DNA of 64,000 nucleotides from assembly GCA_963792575.1 (NCBI GenBank), contig CAWBWZ010000023.1, forward strand, positions 1,295,487 to 1,359,486, written 5' to 3'. Made by a program: the position numbers and the translations under genes. The stretch comes from an uncultured Acidobacteriota bacterium (GTDB taxonomy: Bacteria > Acidobacteriota > Thermoanaerobaculia > Multivoradales > UBA5704). A model generated the notes under the pieces. The model saw only the letters and a program-made list of their open reading frames with translations, searched no databases and had not been told where the DNA came from. Of the stretch, positions 31,115-44,167 are shown piece by piece (within the stretch, counting starts at the first letter, position 1; each line of letters opens with the position of its first letter).

Positions 31115-31141
31115 GGATGGGGTGGCTCGGAGGGTGGCCGC

Positions 31142-32215
31142 ATGACCTCCCCTCTCGATCCCGCCCTCTTCGTCCGTCCCGAGCTGCGGGCGCTCGGGGC
31201 CTATCACCTCGACCTGACCCCCAGCCGGCACAAGCTGGACCAGAACGAGGTGCCCTGGGATCTCCCGCGCCGCTTCAAGGGCGAGATGGCGGCGCGGCTC
31301 CTGGCGGCGGACTGGGCGCGATACCCGGATTTCCACGCGGACGAGCTGCGCCGGGACCTCGGCCGCCTGCACGGTCACCCGTTCGAGGGGGTGCTGGTGG
31401 GAAACGGCTCCAACGAGCTGCTCTCCGTGGCGCTGACGGCGCTGGTCGCTCCCGGGACCGAGGTGCTGGGAGCCGAGCCGAGCTTCGGGCTCTATCGCAG
31501 CTTCGTCCTCAAGGCCGGCGGCATTCCCCGGTTCCTGCCGCCGCGGGCGGACCTCAAGATCCCCATCGATGAGCTGGAGGACGAGGTCGAGCGCGATCCC
31601 CGCCGGCCGCTCCTCCTCTGCACGCCGAACAATCCGACCGGCGATGCCCTCGCCGGTCGAGCGCGTGGAGCGGCTGCTCGAACGGTTGGAGGCGCCGCTG
31701 CTGCTCGACAACGCCTACGGCGAGTTCTGCCGGTACGACTACCGGCCACTGCTGGCGCGCTACCCCCACCTGATCGTCTTCCGCACCTTCTCCAAGGCGT
31801 GGTCGCTCGCCGGGATGCGGCTCGGGTACCTGCTGGCCGATCCCCGGCTGGTGACCGAGCTGATCAAGGTGAAGCTGCCCTACAACCTCGGCCATGCCGG
31901 GGTGATCGCCGGCCGGGTGGCCCTGGAGGCGGACGCGGAGGCGCGGCGCCGGGTACGGCTGCTCGTGGCCCGCCGGCCGCAGTGGGCGGCGATGCTGGCG
32001 GAAGAAGGCTTCGAGGTCTTCCCCTCTGAGGCGAACTTCCTGCTCGTCCGCTGCTCGCCGCCGGAGCGGGCGCGCGAGGTGCGGGAGATGCTGGAGGCGC
32101 GGAGCATCCGGGTGCGCGACGTCAGCGGCTATCCGGGGCTCGCCGGGTGCATCCGGGTGTCGATCGGCACCGGGGCGTCGCTGCGGGCGACGCGGGCGGC
32201 GATTGCGGGGCGAAC
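31142..32215 (+). pseudogene. hisC: histidinol-phosphate aminotransferase (frame switch near 31645; no stop before element E3)
   Basis: KLDQNEVPW, VGNGSNELL, NNPTG, FRTFSKAWSLAGMRLGY (PLP Lys) and IRVSIGT. Confidence 0.85.
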
Positions 32216-32275
32216 CCTCACCCCCCGGCCCCCTCTCCCGTCCCCTCCCGCCCTCCCTCACCGGGAGAGGGGGAG
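32212..32275. repeat. family 2 element, solo arm E3 at the hisC|hisB junction
   Basis: About 60 nt near-identical to the left arm of E2 (GAACCCTCACCCC...CCCTCCCTCACCGGGAGAGGGG). Confidence 0.85.
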
Positions 32276-32290
32276 AAGGAGAGGACAGGG

Positions 32291-32876
32291 ACGGTCGAGC
32301 GCGCGACCGGCGAGACCCGGATCCATCTCAGTCTCCATCTCGACGGCGGCGCGCGGCGCATCCAGGTCCCCAACGGCTTCTTCGCCCACATGCTGACGGC
32401 GCTCGCGACTCACGCCGGGCTGGGGATCGATCTCGTTGCCGAGGGGGACACCCACGTCGACCTCCATCACACGGTCGAGGATGTGGGGATCGCCCTCGGC
32501 GAGGCGCTGGCCGGCGGCGCTGGGGGACCGGCGGGGGATCGTCCGCTTCGCCCACGCCTACGCGCCGCTCGACGAGGCGCTGGCGCGGGCGGTGATCGAT
32601 CTCTCCGGACGCGGCACCTTCCACTACGCGGCGCCGCCCGAGATCGCCGGCGGCTGGGTGACGGCGGACTTCCCACTCACCCTGGTCGCCGACTTCTTCC
32701 AGGCGCTCGCCGACCGCGGGCGGTTGACGCTCCATCTCGACATCCTCGCCGCCCGCAACGGCCATCACGCCGCCGAGGCCGCTTTCAAGGCCGCGGCTCT
32801 GGCGCTTCGCCAGGCGATCGCGCGGCGTTCGGGATCCACGGATGTGCCGAGCACCAAGGGGACGCTGTCGGCATGA
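32291..32876 (+). pseudogene. hisB: imidazoleglycerol-phosphate dehydratase (start unclear; frame switch near 32520)
   Basis: VERATGETRIHLSLHLDG, HMLTALATHAG, DLHHTVEDVGIALG, GHHAAEAAFKA. No ATG, GTG or TTG is present; ACG at 32291 follows AAGGAGAGG. Confidence 0.8.
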
Positions 32877-33492
32877 ACGCAGCTCTGTCATCGACGCCGG
32901 AGTCGGCAACCTCGGCAACCTCGTCCGCGCCGTCGAGCGGGTGGGCGGGCAGGCCGGGATCAGCGCCGATCCGGAGCGGATCGCCGGCGCCCGCTGCCTG
33001 CTGCTGCCCGGGGTCGGCGCCTTCGCGCCCCCTCGCGAGGCGGTGCGCGGCGGTGTCGAGGAGGCGCTGCGCGAGGCGCTGGCGCGAGGGGCGTGGCTGC
33101 TCGGCATCTGCGTCGGCTTCCAGATCCTGTTCGACGAGGGGGAGGAGTTCGGCGCCACCGACGGTCTCGGCCTGCTCCCCGGCCGCGTCACCCGCCTGCC
33201 GGCGACCGTGCCGGTGCCGCACATCGGCTGGAACCGGCTGCACGGCGTCACGGCTCATCCGCTGCTGGAAGGTCTGGCCGATCGCTACGTCTACTTCGTC
33301 CACAGCTACGCCCCCGAGGGGGTGCCGGACGACCTCTGTCTCGCCCGCTGCACTCACGGCCGCGCCTTCCCGGCGGCCGCCGGGCGCGAGCGGGTGATGG
33401 GCACGCAGTTCCACCCCGAGCGCAGCGGTCCGGCCGGGCTGCGGCTGCTCACTAATTTTCTGAAGATGCCTGGAGATGGCGCATGGAGCTGA
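32873..33492 (+). pseudogene. hisH: imidazole glycerol phosphate synthase, glutaminase subunit (indel near 32888)
   Basis: VIDAGVGNLGNLVRAVE, LLPGVGAF, GICVGFQIL (Cys nucleophile), and HSY / FHPERS. Confidence 0.9.
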
Positions 33493-34192
33493 TCCCCGCG
33501 ATTGACCTCCGTCACGGCCAGGCCGTCCGTCTCCGCCAGGGGGACGACGCCCAGGCCACGGTCTATGGCGACGATCCGGTCGCCGTGCTGGAGTCGTACG
33601 CCCGCGCCGGCGTGGCCCGGGTCCACGTCGTGGATCTCGACGCCGCGCTGGGCGAGGCGCCGCAGCGGGAGCTGGTCGAGCGCATGCTGGCTGTGGGCGC
33701 CAAGGTCCAGCTCGGCGGCGGCCTGCGCGACCGCGAGGCGATCGACTGGGCACTCGGCGCCGGCTGCGACCGGGTGGTGATCGGCTCCATGGTGGCGCGG
33801 GACGTCGACGGCTTCCGCGCCCTGGCGGAGGAGCGGCCCGGCTGGCTGGTCCCCGCCCTCGACGTGGCGAACGGCGAGGTGCGGATCGCCGGCTGGCGGG
33901 AAGGGGCGTCCCGCGGTCTCGGGGATCTCTGCGGCCATCTCATGGGCGTGCCCTGCCCGGCTATCCTGGTGACCGACGTCGAGCGCGACGGCATGATGAC
34001 CGGCCCGAACCTCGGGCTGTCTCTGCGGGTGGCGCGCACCTCCGGGCTGCCGGTGCTCCTCTCCGGCGGGGTCCACGCTCTCTGCGATCTGGAGGCGGCG
34101 CGGCGGCTCCCCGAGATCGCCGGCGCGATCGTGGGGCGGGCGCTCTACGAGGGGCGTTCACGCTGGAAGAGGCGCTGGCCGTATGTTCTTGA
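33483..34192 (+). pseudogene. hisA: ProFAR isomerase (indel near 34155)
   Basis: [38 protein letters not shown] and SGGV. Confidence 0.9.
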
Positions 34193-34965
34193 ATGGACCC
34201 ACGGGGCTCGCGCGGCGGGTGATCCCCTGCCTCGACGTCGCCGCCGGCCGGGTGGTCAAGGGGGTGCGCTTCGAGAACCTGCGCGACCAGGGGGACCCCG
34301 CCGAGTCGGCGCTCCGCTATGCGGAGCAGGGGGCGGACGAGATCGTCTTCCTCGACATCAGCGCCGCCCCCGAGGAGCGGGATACTGACGTCGAATGGGT
34401 CCGCCGCACCGCCGAGCAGGTCTTCATGCCGCTCACCGTGGGCGGCGGCGTGCGCAGCGAGGCGGACGCCAAACGGCTGCTGCGCTCCGGGGCCGACAAG
34501 GTCGGGATCAACTCCGCCGCCGTCGAGCGGCCGGAGCTGATCCGCGAGCTCGCCCGCCGCTTCGGCAGCCAGTGCGTGGTGCTCTCCGTGGATGCCCGCA
34601 AGCGCGAGGGTGGCTGGGAGGTGGTCACCCGCGGCGGGAGAAACGCAACCGGCATCGACGCCTTGGCCTGGATCCGCGAGGGGGTCGAGCGCGGCGCCGG
34701 GGAGATCCTGCTGACCAGCATCGACCGCGACGGCACCCAGGGTGGATATGACCTGGCGCTGATCGAGGAGGTTTCCGCGGCCGTTCCCGTGCCGGTGATC
34801 GCCTCCGGGGGCGCCGGCGAGGCCGCGCATCTCGTGACAGCCCTCGCCGCCGGGGCCGCGGCCGTGCTCGCCGCCTCTATCTTCCATCAGGGGACTTATA
34901 CCGTGGGGGAGGTGAAGCGGGAGATCGCGGCGGCGGGGTTTCCCGTGCGGGAGGAGATGGAATGA
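34183..34965 (+). CDS. hisF: imidazole glycerol phosphate synthase, cyclase subunit
   Basis: Intact 260-aa ORF: [42 protein letters not shown]. Confidence 0.95.
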   Translation: MFLNGPTGLARRVIPCLDVAAGRVVKGVRFENLRDQGDPAESALRYAEQGADEIVFLDISAAPEERDTDVEWVRRTAEQVFMPLTVGGGVRSEADAKRLLRSGADKVGINSAAVERPELIRELARRFGSQCVVLSVDARKREGGWEVVTRGGRNATGIDALAWIREGVERGAGEILLTSIDRDGTQGGYDLALIEEVSAAVPVPVIASGGAGEAAHLVTALAAGAAAVLAASIFHQGTYTVGEVKREIAAAGFPVREEME

Positions 34966-34973
34966 AAGTCTTT

Positions 34974-35178
34974 TCAGCCCCGCAGGGGCGTCATGAATTA
35001 GCCCGGGGCGTGAGCCCCGGGGAGGTGATGATGGTTTCCCCACCAGCCCCGCAGGGGCGGCAGGGCGACCGCGCCGGTGAATTTCCTGCCGCCCCTGCGG
35101 GGCTGGCGTTTGGAATTGCGGACCGCCTTTCCCGGGCCTCACGGCCCGGGCTAATTCATGACGCCCCTGCGGGGCTGA
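34974..35178. repeat. nested-palindrome element, family 1 architecture, copy C (hisF|hisIE gap)
   Basis: TCAGCCCCGCAGGGGCGTCATGAATTAGCCCGGG... and its inverted copy, plus the inner inverted repeat CAGCCCCGCAGGGGCGGCAGG / CCTGCCGCCCCTGCGGGGCTG. Confidence 0.85.
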
Positions 35179-35194
35179 TTCCGGAGACCCGGCG

Positions 35195-35843
35195 ATGATC
35201 GATCTCGCGGCTCTCCGCTTCGACGACCGCGGCCTGATCCCCGTCGTCGTCCAGGACGTCGGCAGCGGCGCGGTGCTGATGCTCGCGTACGCCGACCGCG
35301 AGGCGGTCGAGAAGACGCTCTCCACCGGCCAGGCGCACTTCTGGAGCCGCTCGCGGCAGTCGCTCTGGAAGAAGGGGGAGACCTCCGGCAATACCCTGCA
35401 GGTGGTGGAGATGACCGCCGACTGCGACGGCGACGCCCTGCTGGTGCGCGCGCGGCCGGCCGGGCCGACCTGCCACCGCGGCACGCGGAGCTGCTTCGAG
35501 CCCAACGCCGCCCGGCTGGAGCTCGGATGGCTGGCGGCGGTGCTCGAATCCCGGCGGGACGCCGACCCGGAGACGAGCTACACGGCGCGGCTGCTCGCCT
35601 GCGGCATCGAGCGGATCGCCCAGAAGGTGGGGGAGGAGGGGGTCGAGACGGCGATCGCGGCGGTTTCCGCAGTCTCTTCGGGGGCCGGGTGAGGAGGGAG
35701 AACGGCGCCAGGCCCTGGTCGGAGAGGCGGCGGATCTCCTCTATCACCTGCTGGTTCTGCTGCAGGCGAGCGGGGTCGATCCGGGGGAAATCACAGAAGA
35801 GTTGATTCGGCGGCACGGTTTTGCTTCCTCGGGACACTCCTAA
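35195..35843 (+). pseudogene. hisIE: bifunctional phosphoribosyl-AMP cyclohydrolase / phosphoribosyl-ATP pyrophosphatase (frame disrupted near 35670-35700)
   Basis: LIPVVVQD, FWSRSRQSLWKKGETSGN, DCDGDALL (HisI); TSYTARLL and EAADLLYHLLVLL (HisE). Confidence 0.85.
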
Positions 35844-35894
35844 TGCGTAGCTCGATTCATTGCTGTCTTTTATTTTTGTTTTGGAGGTCATCCC

Positions 35895-37351
35895 ATGTCT
35901 GAGGGGGGTTCGCGCCGGCCGCGCCGGGCCGTGCCGCACGTTCGTGAATTTCTTGCCGACAGCCTGACGCCGCTCGGCGGTCTACCGGCGGCTCACCGCG
36001 ATTTCGCCGTACCGCTTCCTGTTCGAGAGCGTGGCCGGCGGCGAGCCGGGTCTCCCGCTTCAGCTTCCTCGGCGCCGCGCCGCGGGAGATCTACCGGCTC
36101 TATCCCGACCGCCTGGAAGTCGAGCGCAAGGGGCAGAGCGAGACACTGCCCGGCGAGCCGCTCGCGGCCCTGCACGCGGTCCTCCAGGGGGTCCACAGCG
36201 AGCCCGGGCCGATCCCGTTCACCGGCGGTTTCGTCGGCTACTTCGGCTACGACCTGATCCGCCTCGTCGAGCGCCTGCCCAACCGTCCCGCCGATCCCTT
36301 CGACCTCCCCGTCGCCCTGCTCGCCCGCTTCGACACCCTGGTGGTCTTCGACCACGCGCACCAGCGGGTGCTGGCGATCGCCAACGAGATCGAGGGGGAG
36401 GTGAGCGTCGACGAGGCGGAGAAGGAGCTGGCGCGGCTGTCGGGGCTGATCACCGAGGAATCAGGAGGCGGCGGCGTCGCCATGCCGGGGCAGTCCCCCG
36501 GGCCGGCCGCCACCGACCTGCCGAGCCTCGACAGCGCCGAGCTTCCGCCGCGCCGTGCAGAAGGCCAAGGAGCACATCGCCGCCGGCGACATCTTCCAGG
36601 TCGTGCTGGCGCGCCGCTGGCGGGTGCCGCGGCGGATCGAGCCGCTCGCCCTCTACCGCGCGCTGCGGATGGTCAATCCGAGCCCCTACATGGTGCTGCT
36701 CGAATCCCCGGACGTGTCGCTGGTCGGCGCCTCGCCCGAGATGCTGGTGCGCAAGCAGGGGCGGCACATCGAGACCCGCCCGATCGCCGGCACCCGGCCG
36801 CGCGGCATGGACGCCGAGGGGGACAAGCGGCTGGCGCGAGGACCTGCTGGCCGATCCCAAGGAGCGCGCCGAGCACGTGATGCTGGTCGACCTCGGCCGC
36901 AACGACCTCGGCCGCGTGGCCGTGCCGGGCAGCGTGCGGGTGCCGACCTTCATGGAGATCGAGCGCTACAGCCACGTCATGCACCTGGTCTCCAGCGTCG
37001 AGGCCGAGCTGGCGACCGGCAAGGACGCGCTCGACGCCCTGCTCGCCTGCTTCCCGGCCGGCACCGTCTCGGGCGCGCCGAAGATCCGGGCGATGGAGAT
37101 CATCGACGAGCTCGAGCCGATGGCGCGCGGGCCCTACGCCGGCGCGGTCGGCTACCTCTCCTTCTCGGGGGACCTCGACACCTGCATCGCCATCCGCACC
37201 CTGGTGGTCCGCGCGGGGGAGACCTCGGTCACCGCCGGCGCCGGCATCGTCGCCGACTCCGATCCCGCCGCCGAGGAGGCGTGAGACCCGAGAACAAGGC
37301 GGCGGCGCTGCTCACCGCGGTGGCGCTCGCCGAGGAACTGGAGAGACGGTC

Positions 37352-37355
<4 letters not shown>
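35895..37355 (+). pseudogene. trpE: anthranilate synthase component I (about 5 frame switches)
   Basis: [69 protein letters not shown]. Confidence 0.9.
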
Positions 37356-38960
<1,605 letters not shown>

Positions 38961-38964
<4 letters not shown>

Positions 38965-39761
38965 GCGCCCCCGACATCCTGCTGCGCATCACCGAGCGCC
39001 GCCGGCAGCGGATCGCCGAGGTGGGCGGCGCCGATGCCTCCGATTGGGACGAGGGGGACGCCGCGCACGCCCTCGAACAACGCCTTCCTCGGACATCTGC
39101 AGGCGCGGCGGCGCGATCCGGCGATCATCGCCGAGGTCAAGATGGGCTCCCCCCGGCTCGGCTCGCTGCACGGCCGGGTCGATCCCATCGCCCAGGCCCG
39201 CCTCTACGCCGAGAACGGCGCGGCGGCGCTGTCGGTGGTCGTCGAGCCCGACTTCTTCCACGGCGGCTACGACCTGCTCGCCGCCTGCCGCGCGGCCTCG
39301 GGGCTGCCGGCGATCGCCAAGGACTTCATCGTCGATCCGGTCCAGCTCATCTGGGCGCGCGACGCCGGGGCCGACGCCATCCTGCTGATCGCCGCCCTCT
39401 ACGAGCCGGAGGAGATGGCGCGCTACGCCCGCCTCGCCCGCGGCCTCGGGCTGGTGCCGCTGGTCGAGACCCACGACGCGGAGGACATCGCCAAGCTCGG
39501 CGGCGAGCCGTGGGAGATGGTCGGCATCAACAACCGCGAACCTGCGCACCTTCGACGTCGACCTGGAGAACTCGATCGCGCTGCTCGCCGGCCTGCCGGC
39601 CGAGGCGGTCAAGGTGGCCGAGAGCGGCATCCGCGACGCGCCTCGACGTCGCCCTGCTCGCCGAGAGCGGCTTCGACGCCTTCCTGATCGGCGAGACCCT
39701 GCTGCTCGCCGGCGACCCGGCGGCGAAGCTCCGCGAGCTGCTGATCGGAGCGGAGGTCTGA
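38961..39761 (+). pseudogene. trpC: indole-3-glycerol phosphate synthase (about 3 frame switches)
   Basis: AIIAEVKMGSP, LSVVVEPDFFHG, AKDFIVDPVQ, ILLIAA, GINNR, AESGI. Confidence 0.9.
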
Positions 39762-39762
39762 C

Positions 39763-40385
39763 GTGGCGGTCAAAGGTCAAGGTCTGCGGCGTCACCGATC
39801 CCGGCCAACGCGCTGGCGGCGGTTGAAATGGGCGCCGACTACCTGGGGTTAAACTTCTATCCGGGCAGCCCGCGGTACGTCAGCATCGAGCGGGCCCGGG
39901 AGATCGCCGGGGCGGTGGGCGGCCGGGTGCCGCTGGTGGGCGTGTTCGTCAACGCGCCGGCCGCCGAGATCGCCGAGACCGTCGGAGCGCGTCGGTCTCG
40001 ACCTCGTCCAGCTCAGCGGCGACGAGGGGCCGGAGACGGTGGCCCCGTTCGCCGGCGCGGGCGATCAAGGCCTTCCGCACCGGCGGGCTGCCCGGCGCGC
40101 GCGGAGCTGGCGGCCTGCGGCGAGGTCTGGGGGGTCCTGATCGACGCCCCGCACGGCGCGCTCTACGGCGGCACCGGCGAGGCATGGAAGTATGACTCGG
40201 TCGCCGGCCGCCGGCGCGCTGCGGGCCGGCGGCTCTTCCTGGCCGGCGGCATCGGCCCGGACAACGCGCGGCGCGCGGTCGAGGCCGCCCGCCCCTATGC
40301 GATCGACGTCTGCTCGCGGGTGGAGTCCGCCCCCGGGATCAAGGATCTGCGAGCTGCTGCGGCGGCTCTTTCAGGAGGTGAGAGC

Positions 40386-40390
<5 letters not shown>
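39763..40390 (+). pseudogene. trpF: phosphoribosylanthranilate isomerase (frame disrupted; both ends approximate)
   Basis: [63 protein letters not shown]. Confidence 0.8.
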
Positions 40391-41655
<1,265 letters not shown>

Positions 41656-41659
<4 letters not shown>

Positions 41660-42481
41660 GCGCGATCGACGAAGTCTTCTTCAACTGCGCCCGCGAGAAC
41701 CGGGGCGCCTTCATCCCCTTCCTGATGGCGGGCGATCCGGACCTGAACGCCACCGCCGAGTACCTCGACGGCGCTCGCCGCCGGCGGCGCCGACATCATC
41801 GAGCTCGGCGTGCCGTTCAGCGATCCGATCGCCGACGGGCCGATCAACCAGCGGGCCGCCGTCGCGGGCGCTCGCCGCGGGCACCAAGATGTCGGGCATC
41901 CTGCAGCTCGTGGCCCGGCACCGCGACAAGCTCGGCGTGCCGATCGTCCTCTTCACCTACTTCAACCCGATCCACGCCCGCGGCGTCGAGCGCTTCGCCG
42001 AGCAGGCGGCCGCCTCCGGCGTCGACGGCGTGCTCTGCGTCGACCTGCCGCCGGAGGAGGGGGAGCGGGAGTTCATCCCGGCGCTGCGCGAGCAGGGGGT
42101 GGACACCATCTTTCTGCTCGCCCCCACCAGCACCCGCGACCGGGTGACCAAGGTGGCCGAGGCCTCGACCGGCTTCGTCTACTACGTCTCGCGCACCGGG
42201 GTCACCGGCGAGCGCTCCGCCCTGGCGACCGATCTCGCGCGCGACGTCAAGCGGCTGCGCAAGCGGCTCGACCAGCCGCTCGCCGTGGGCTTCGGCATCT
42301 CGACCCCGCAGCAGGTCGCGGCGGTGGGCGAGGTCGCCGACGGCGTGGTGGTGGGGAGCGCGCTGGTGCGGCTGATCGAGGAGCAGGGGAGCGAGCCCGG
42401 CTTTCCGCGCACTGCTCGAGGAGCGGGTGCGCGAGCTCGCGGCCGCCGCTGCGCCAGCGCGCCGAGAGGCGGCGGGCTTGA
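41656..42481 (+). pseudogene. trpA: tryptophan synthase alpha chain (about 3 frame switches; 3' end approximate)
   Basis: [66 protein letters not shown] overlap with trpB. Confidence 0.9.
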
Positions 42482-43158
42482 GCGGCGAGCGCGCGCGAGG
42501 AGCGGGAGATCGCGGCCCTCGTCCACGGCCGCTACCTCCTCGAAGCCCCGGCGGAGCCGGCGGGGTGCCCGCTGCTGGTCGGATTCCACGGCTACGGCGA
42601 GAACGCCGAGAAGCAGCCTGGAGGAGTTGCGCACGCATCCCCGGGGCCTCCCGCTGGGTGCTGTGCGCCGTGCAGGCCCTCCACCCCTTCTACAACCGGA
42701 CGGGGGACGTCATCGCGAGCTGGATGACCCGCCAGCAGCGCGAGCTGGCGATCCTCGACAACATCCGCTACGTCGGCGAGCGTGGTCGCCGAGGTGAAGC
42801 GCGAGCTCCCGCGTCTCCGAGCGGCTGGTCTTCCTCGGCTTCTCGCAGGGGGCGGCCATGGCCTACCGCGCCGCCGCCGGCTCCGGCCACGCCTGCCGCG
42901 GCGTGATCGTGCTCGGCGGCGACGTGCCGCCGGAGCTCGAGAGCCGCGACCTCGGCCATTTCCCGCCCGTCCTGCTGGGGCGCGGCACGCAGCGAGGAGT
43001 GGTACGACGCCGCCAAGATGGAGCACGACGTCGAGCTCCTGCGCGGCCGGGGGATCGACGTCCGCCCCTGCGTCTTCGAGGGCGGGCACGAGTGGACGAA
43101 CGAATTCCGCGCCGCCGCCGGGCGGTTCCTGCGCGAGGTGTTCCAGCCGGCTTCGTAG
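42478..43158 (+). pseudogene. phospholipase/carboxylesterase-family alpha/beta hydrolase (frame disrupted; start unclear)
   Basis: [28 protein letters not shown] (GxSxG), VIVLGGD, FEGGHEW. Confidence 0.65.
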
Positions 43159-43210
43159 GCCGGACCGGCGAAGAAATTCTTACAGGAGATCTGGGGGAGG
43201 GGAAGGCAAA

Positions 43211-43242
43211 CAAAAAGGGCGCCCGACTCGCGAGCGCCCTTC
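43211..43242 (-). terminator. intrinsic terminator of the lipoprotein operon
   Basis: The minus strand reads GAAGGGCGC-TCGCGAGTCG-GGCGCCCTT followed by TTTTTGTTTG. Confidence 0.75.
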
Positions 43243-43266
43243 AGATCCAATCTGCGACCGCGACTA

Positions 43267-43552
43267 CTACTTGCCGCCGGCGGCTGGGTGGTGTCGGTAC
43301 CCATCGGCGAGGACGTGGTCATGTCGGTACCCATGCCCATGCCGGTGTCCGTGGAGCCCATCGTGCCCATGCCGGTGTACGTGGTCATCGTGCTCGTGGA
43401 GGTCTCGGTGCTCACCGACGTCGAAGTCGTGGTGTCGGTCGTGGTCGCGGGGGTCTCCTCGACTCGGTCTCTTCCTTCTTGCAGCCGGCGAACGGAACCA
43501 GCAGGATCGCGAGCAGACAGAGAAGCGAAAGGTGAACGGACAGCTTCTTCAT
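43267..43552 (-). pseudogene. Thr/Met/Gly-rich lipoprotein (2 frame switches)
   Basis: MKKLSVHLSLLCLLAILLVPFAGC lipobox, then TGMGTMGSTDTGMGMGTDMTTSSPMGTD in the frame whose codons nearly all end in G or C. TAG TAG sits just before the terminator. Confidence 0.6.
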
Positions 43553-43604
43553 TTTGTTTTCTCCCTTGTTAAATGGAACTGATGAAAGACGAGGAGGGCG
43601 ACGG

Positions 43605-43928
43605 CCTACCCGTTATCGCCCACCTTGATCAGGTTGATCACTCTCTTCACTCCGTCGGTGTCACGCGGCATACTGCTCGGCCTTCGTGCGGGTGTCATCC
43701 TTCTTGACGGTCCCTGCAGGACACCTCGCCCTCGTTGGTGTCGACGTCGATATTGAACGGGTTGATGTCTCCATCAGCCGCCAGCTTCGCCTTGACCTTG
43801 GCGGTGATGGCGGCGTCGTCTACCTGCGTACCGGCCGACTTGGTCGAGCTGCAGGCACTCAGCGCCAGGGCCATGATCAGCGCCAGGCAAATGACCTGCA
43901 GGCGTAGCATCCAAGAGTTACGGTTCAT
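43605..43928 (-). pseudogene. BON-domain lipoprotein (2 frame switches)
   Basis: Lipobox LALSAC. DDAAITAKVKAKLAADGDINPFNIDVDTNEGEV...GTVKKDDTRTKAEQYA...TDGVKRVINLIKV. RBS GAGGAGGAGGA. Confidence 0.7.
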
Positions 43929-44017
43929 TGCGTCCTCCTCCTCACTGTTGACTTGGTTTGACTTGTTGTCTCGTTCGAGTCTGTGGCTTCAGGTTCTCAC
44001 CTGCAGAGTTGCTCTGA

Positions 44018-44033
44018 AGCAGAATTTGTGCCA
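44018..44033 (-). promoter_or_regulatory. sigma54 -24/-12 promoter TGGCAC-AAATT-CTGCT
   Basis: GG and GC have consensus spacing. It lies about 80 nt upstream of the BON ATG and directly downstream of the NtrC-type regulator gene. Confidence 0.6.
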
Positions 44034-44167
44034 CAGCCTCCCTTGTCCAAGTCATCAGTGAGTCGTCGGACGGCGTCGGAGTATACAACCTCCCGAGGGG
44101 CTCCTCAAGGGGCGAGGGACCCAAAGCCGTTCCCAAGGTGTCGAAGCGTACCACTCCCCGGCCGCCG

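Noticed and set aside
35844-35894. A separate trp leader peptide or attenuator between hisIE and trpE.
   Set aside because: The 51-nt AT-rich spacer has no ORF with Trp codons and no stable hairpin. It may hold an internal promoter, but I cannot support that from sequence alone.
43267-43552. The alternative frame of the lipoprotein body, which gives a striking His/Asp-rich sequence (DHDRHHDFDVGEHRDLHEHDDHVHRHGHDGLHGHRHGHGYRHDH) ending at the TAG before the terminator with only one frameshift needed.
   Set aside because: That frame uses many A/T-ending codons (CGA, CAT, GAT, GTA, GGA), whereas the Thr/Met-rich frame has nearly all G/C-ending codons like every other gene here. The question stays open until the sequence is corrected.
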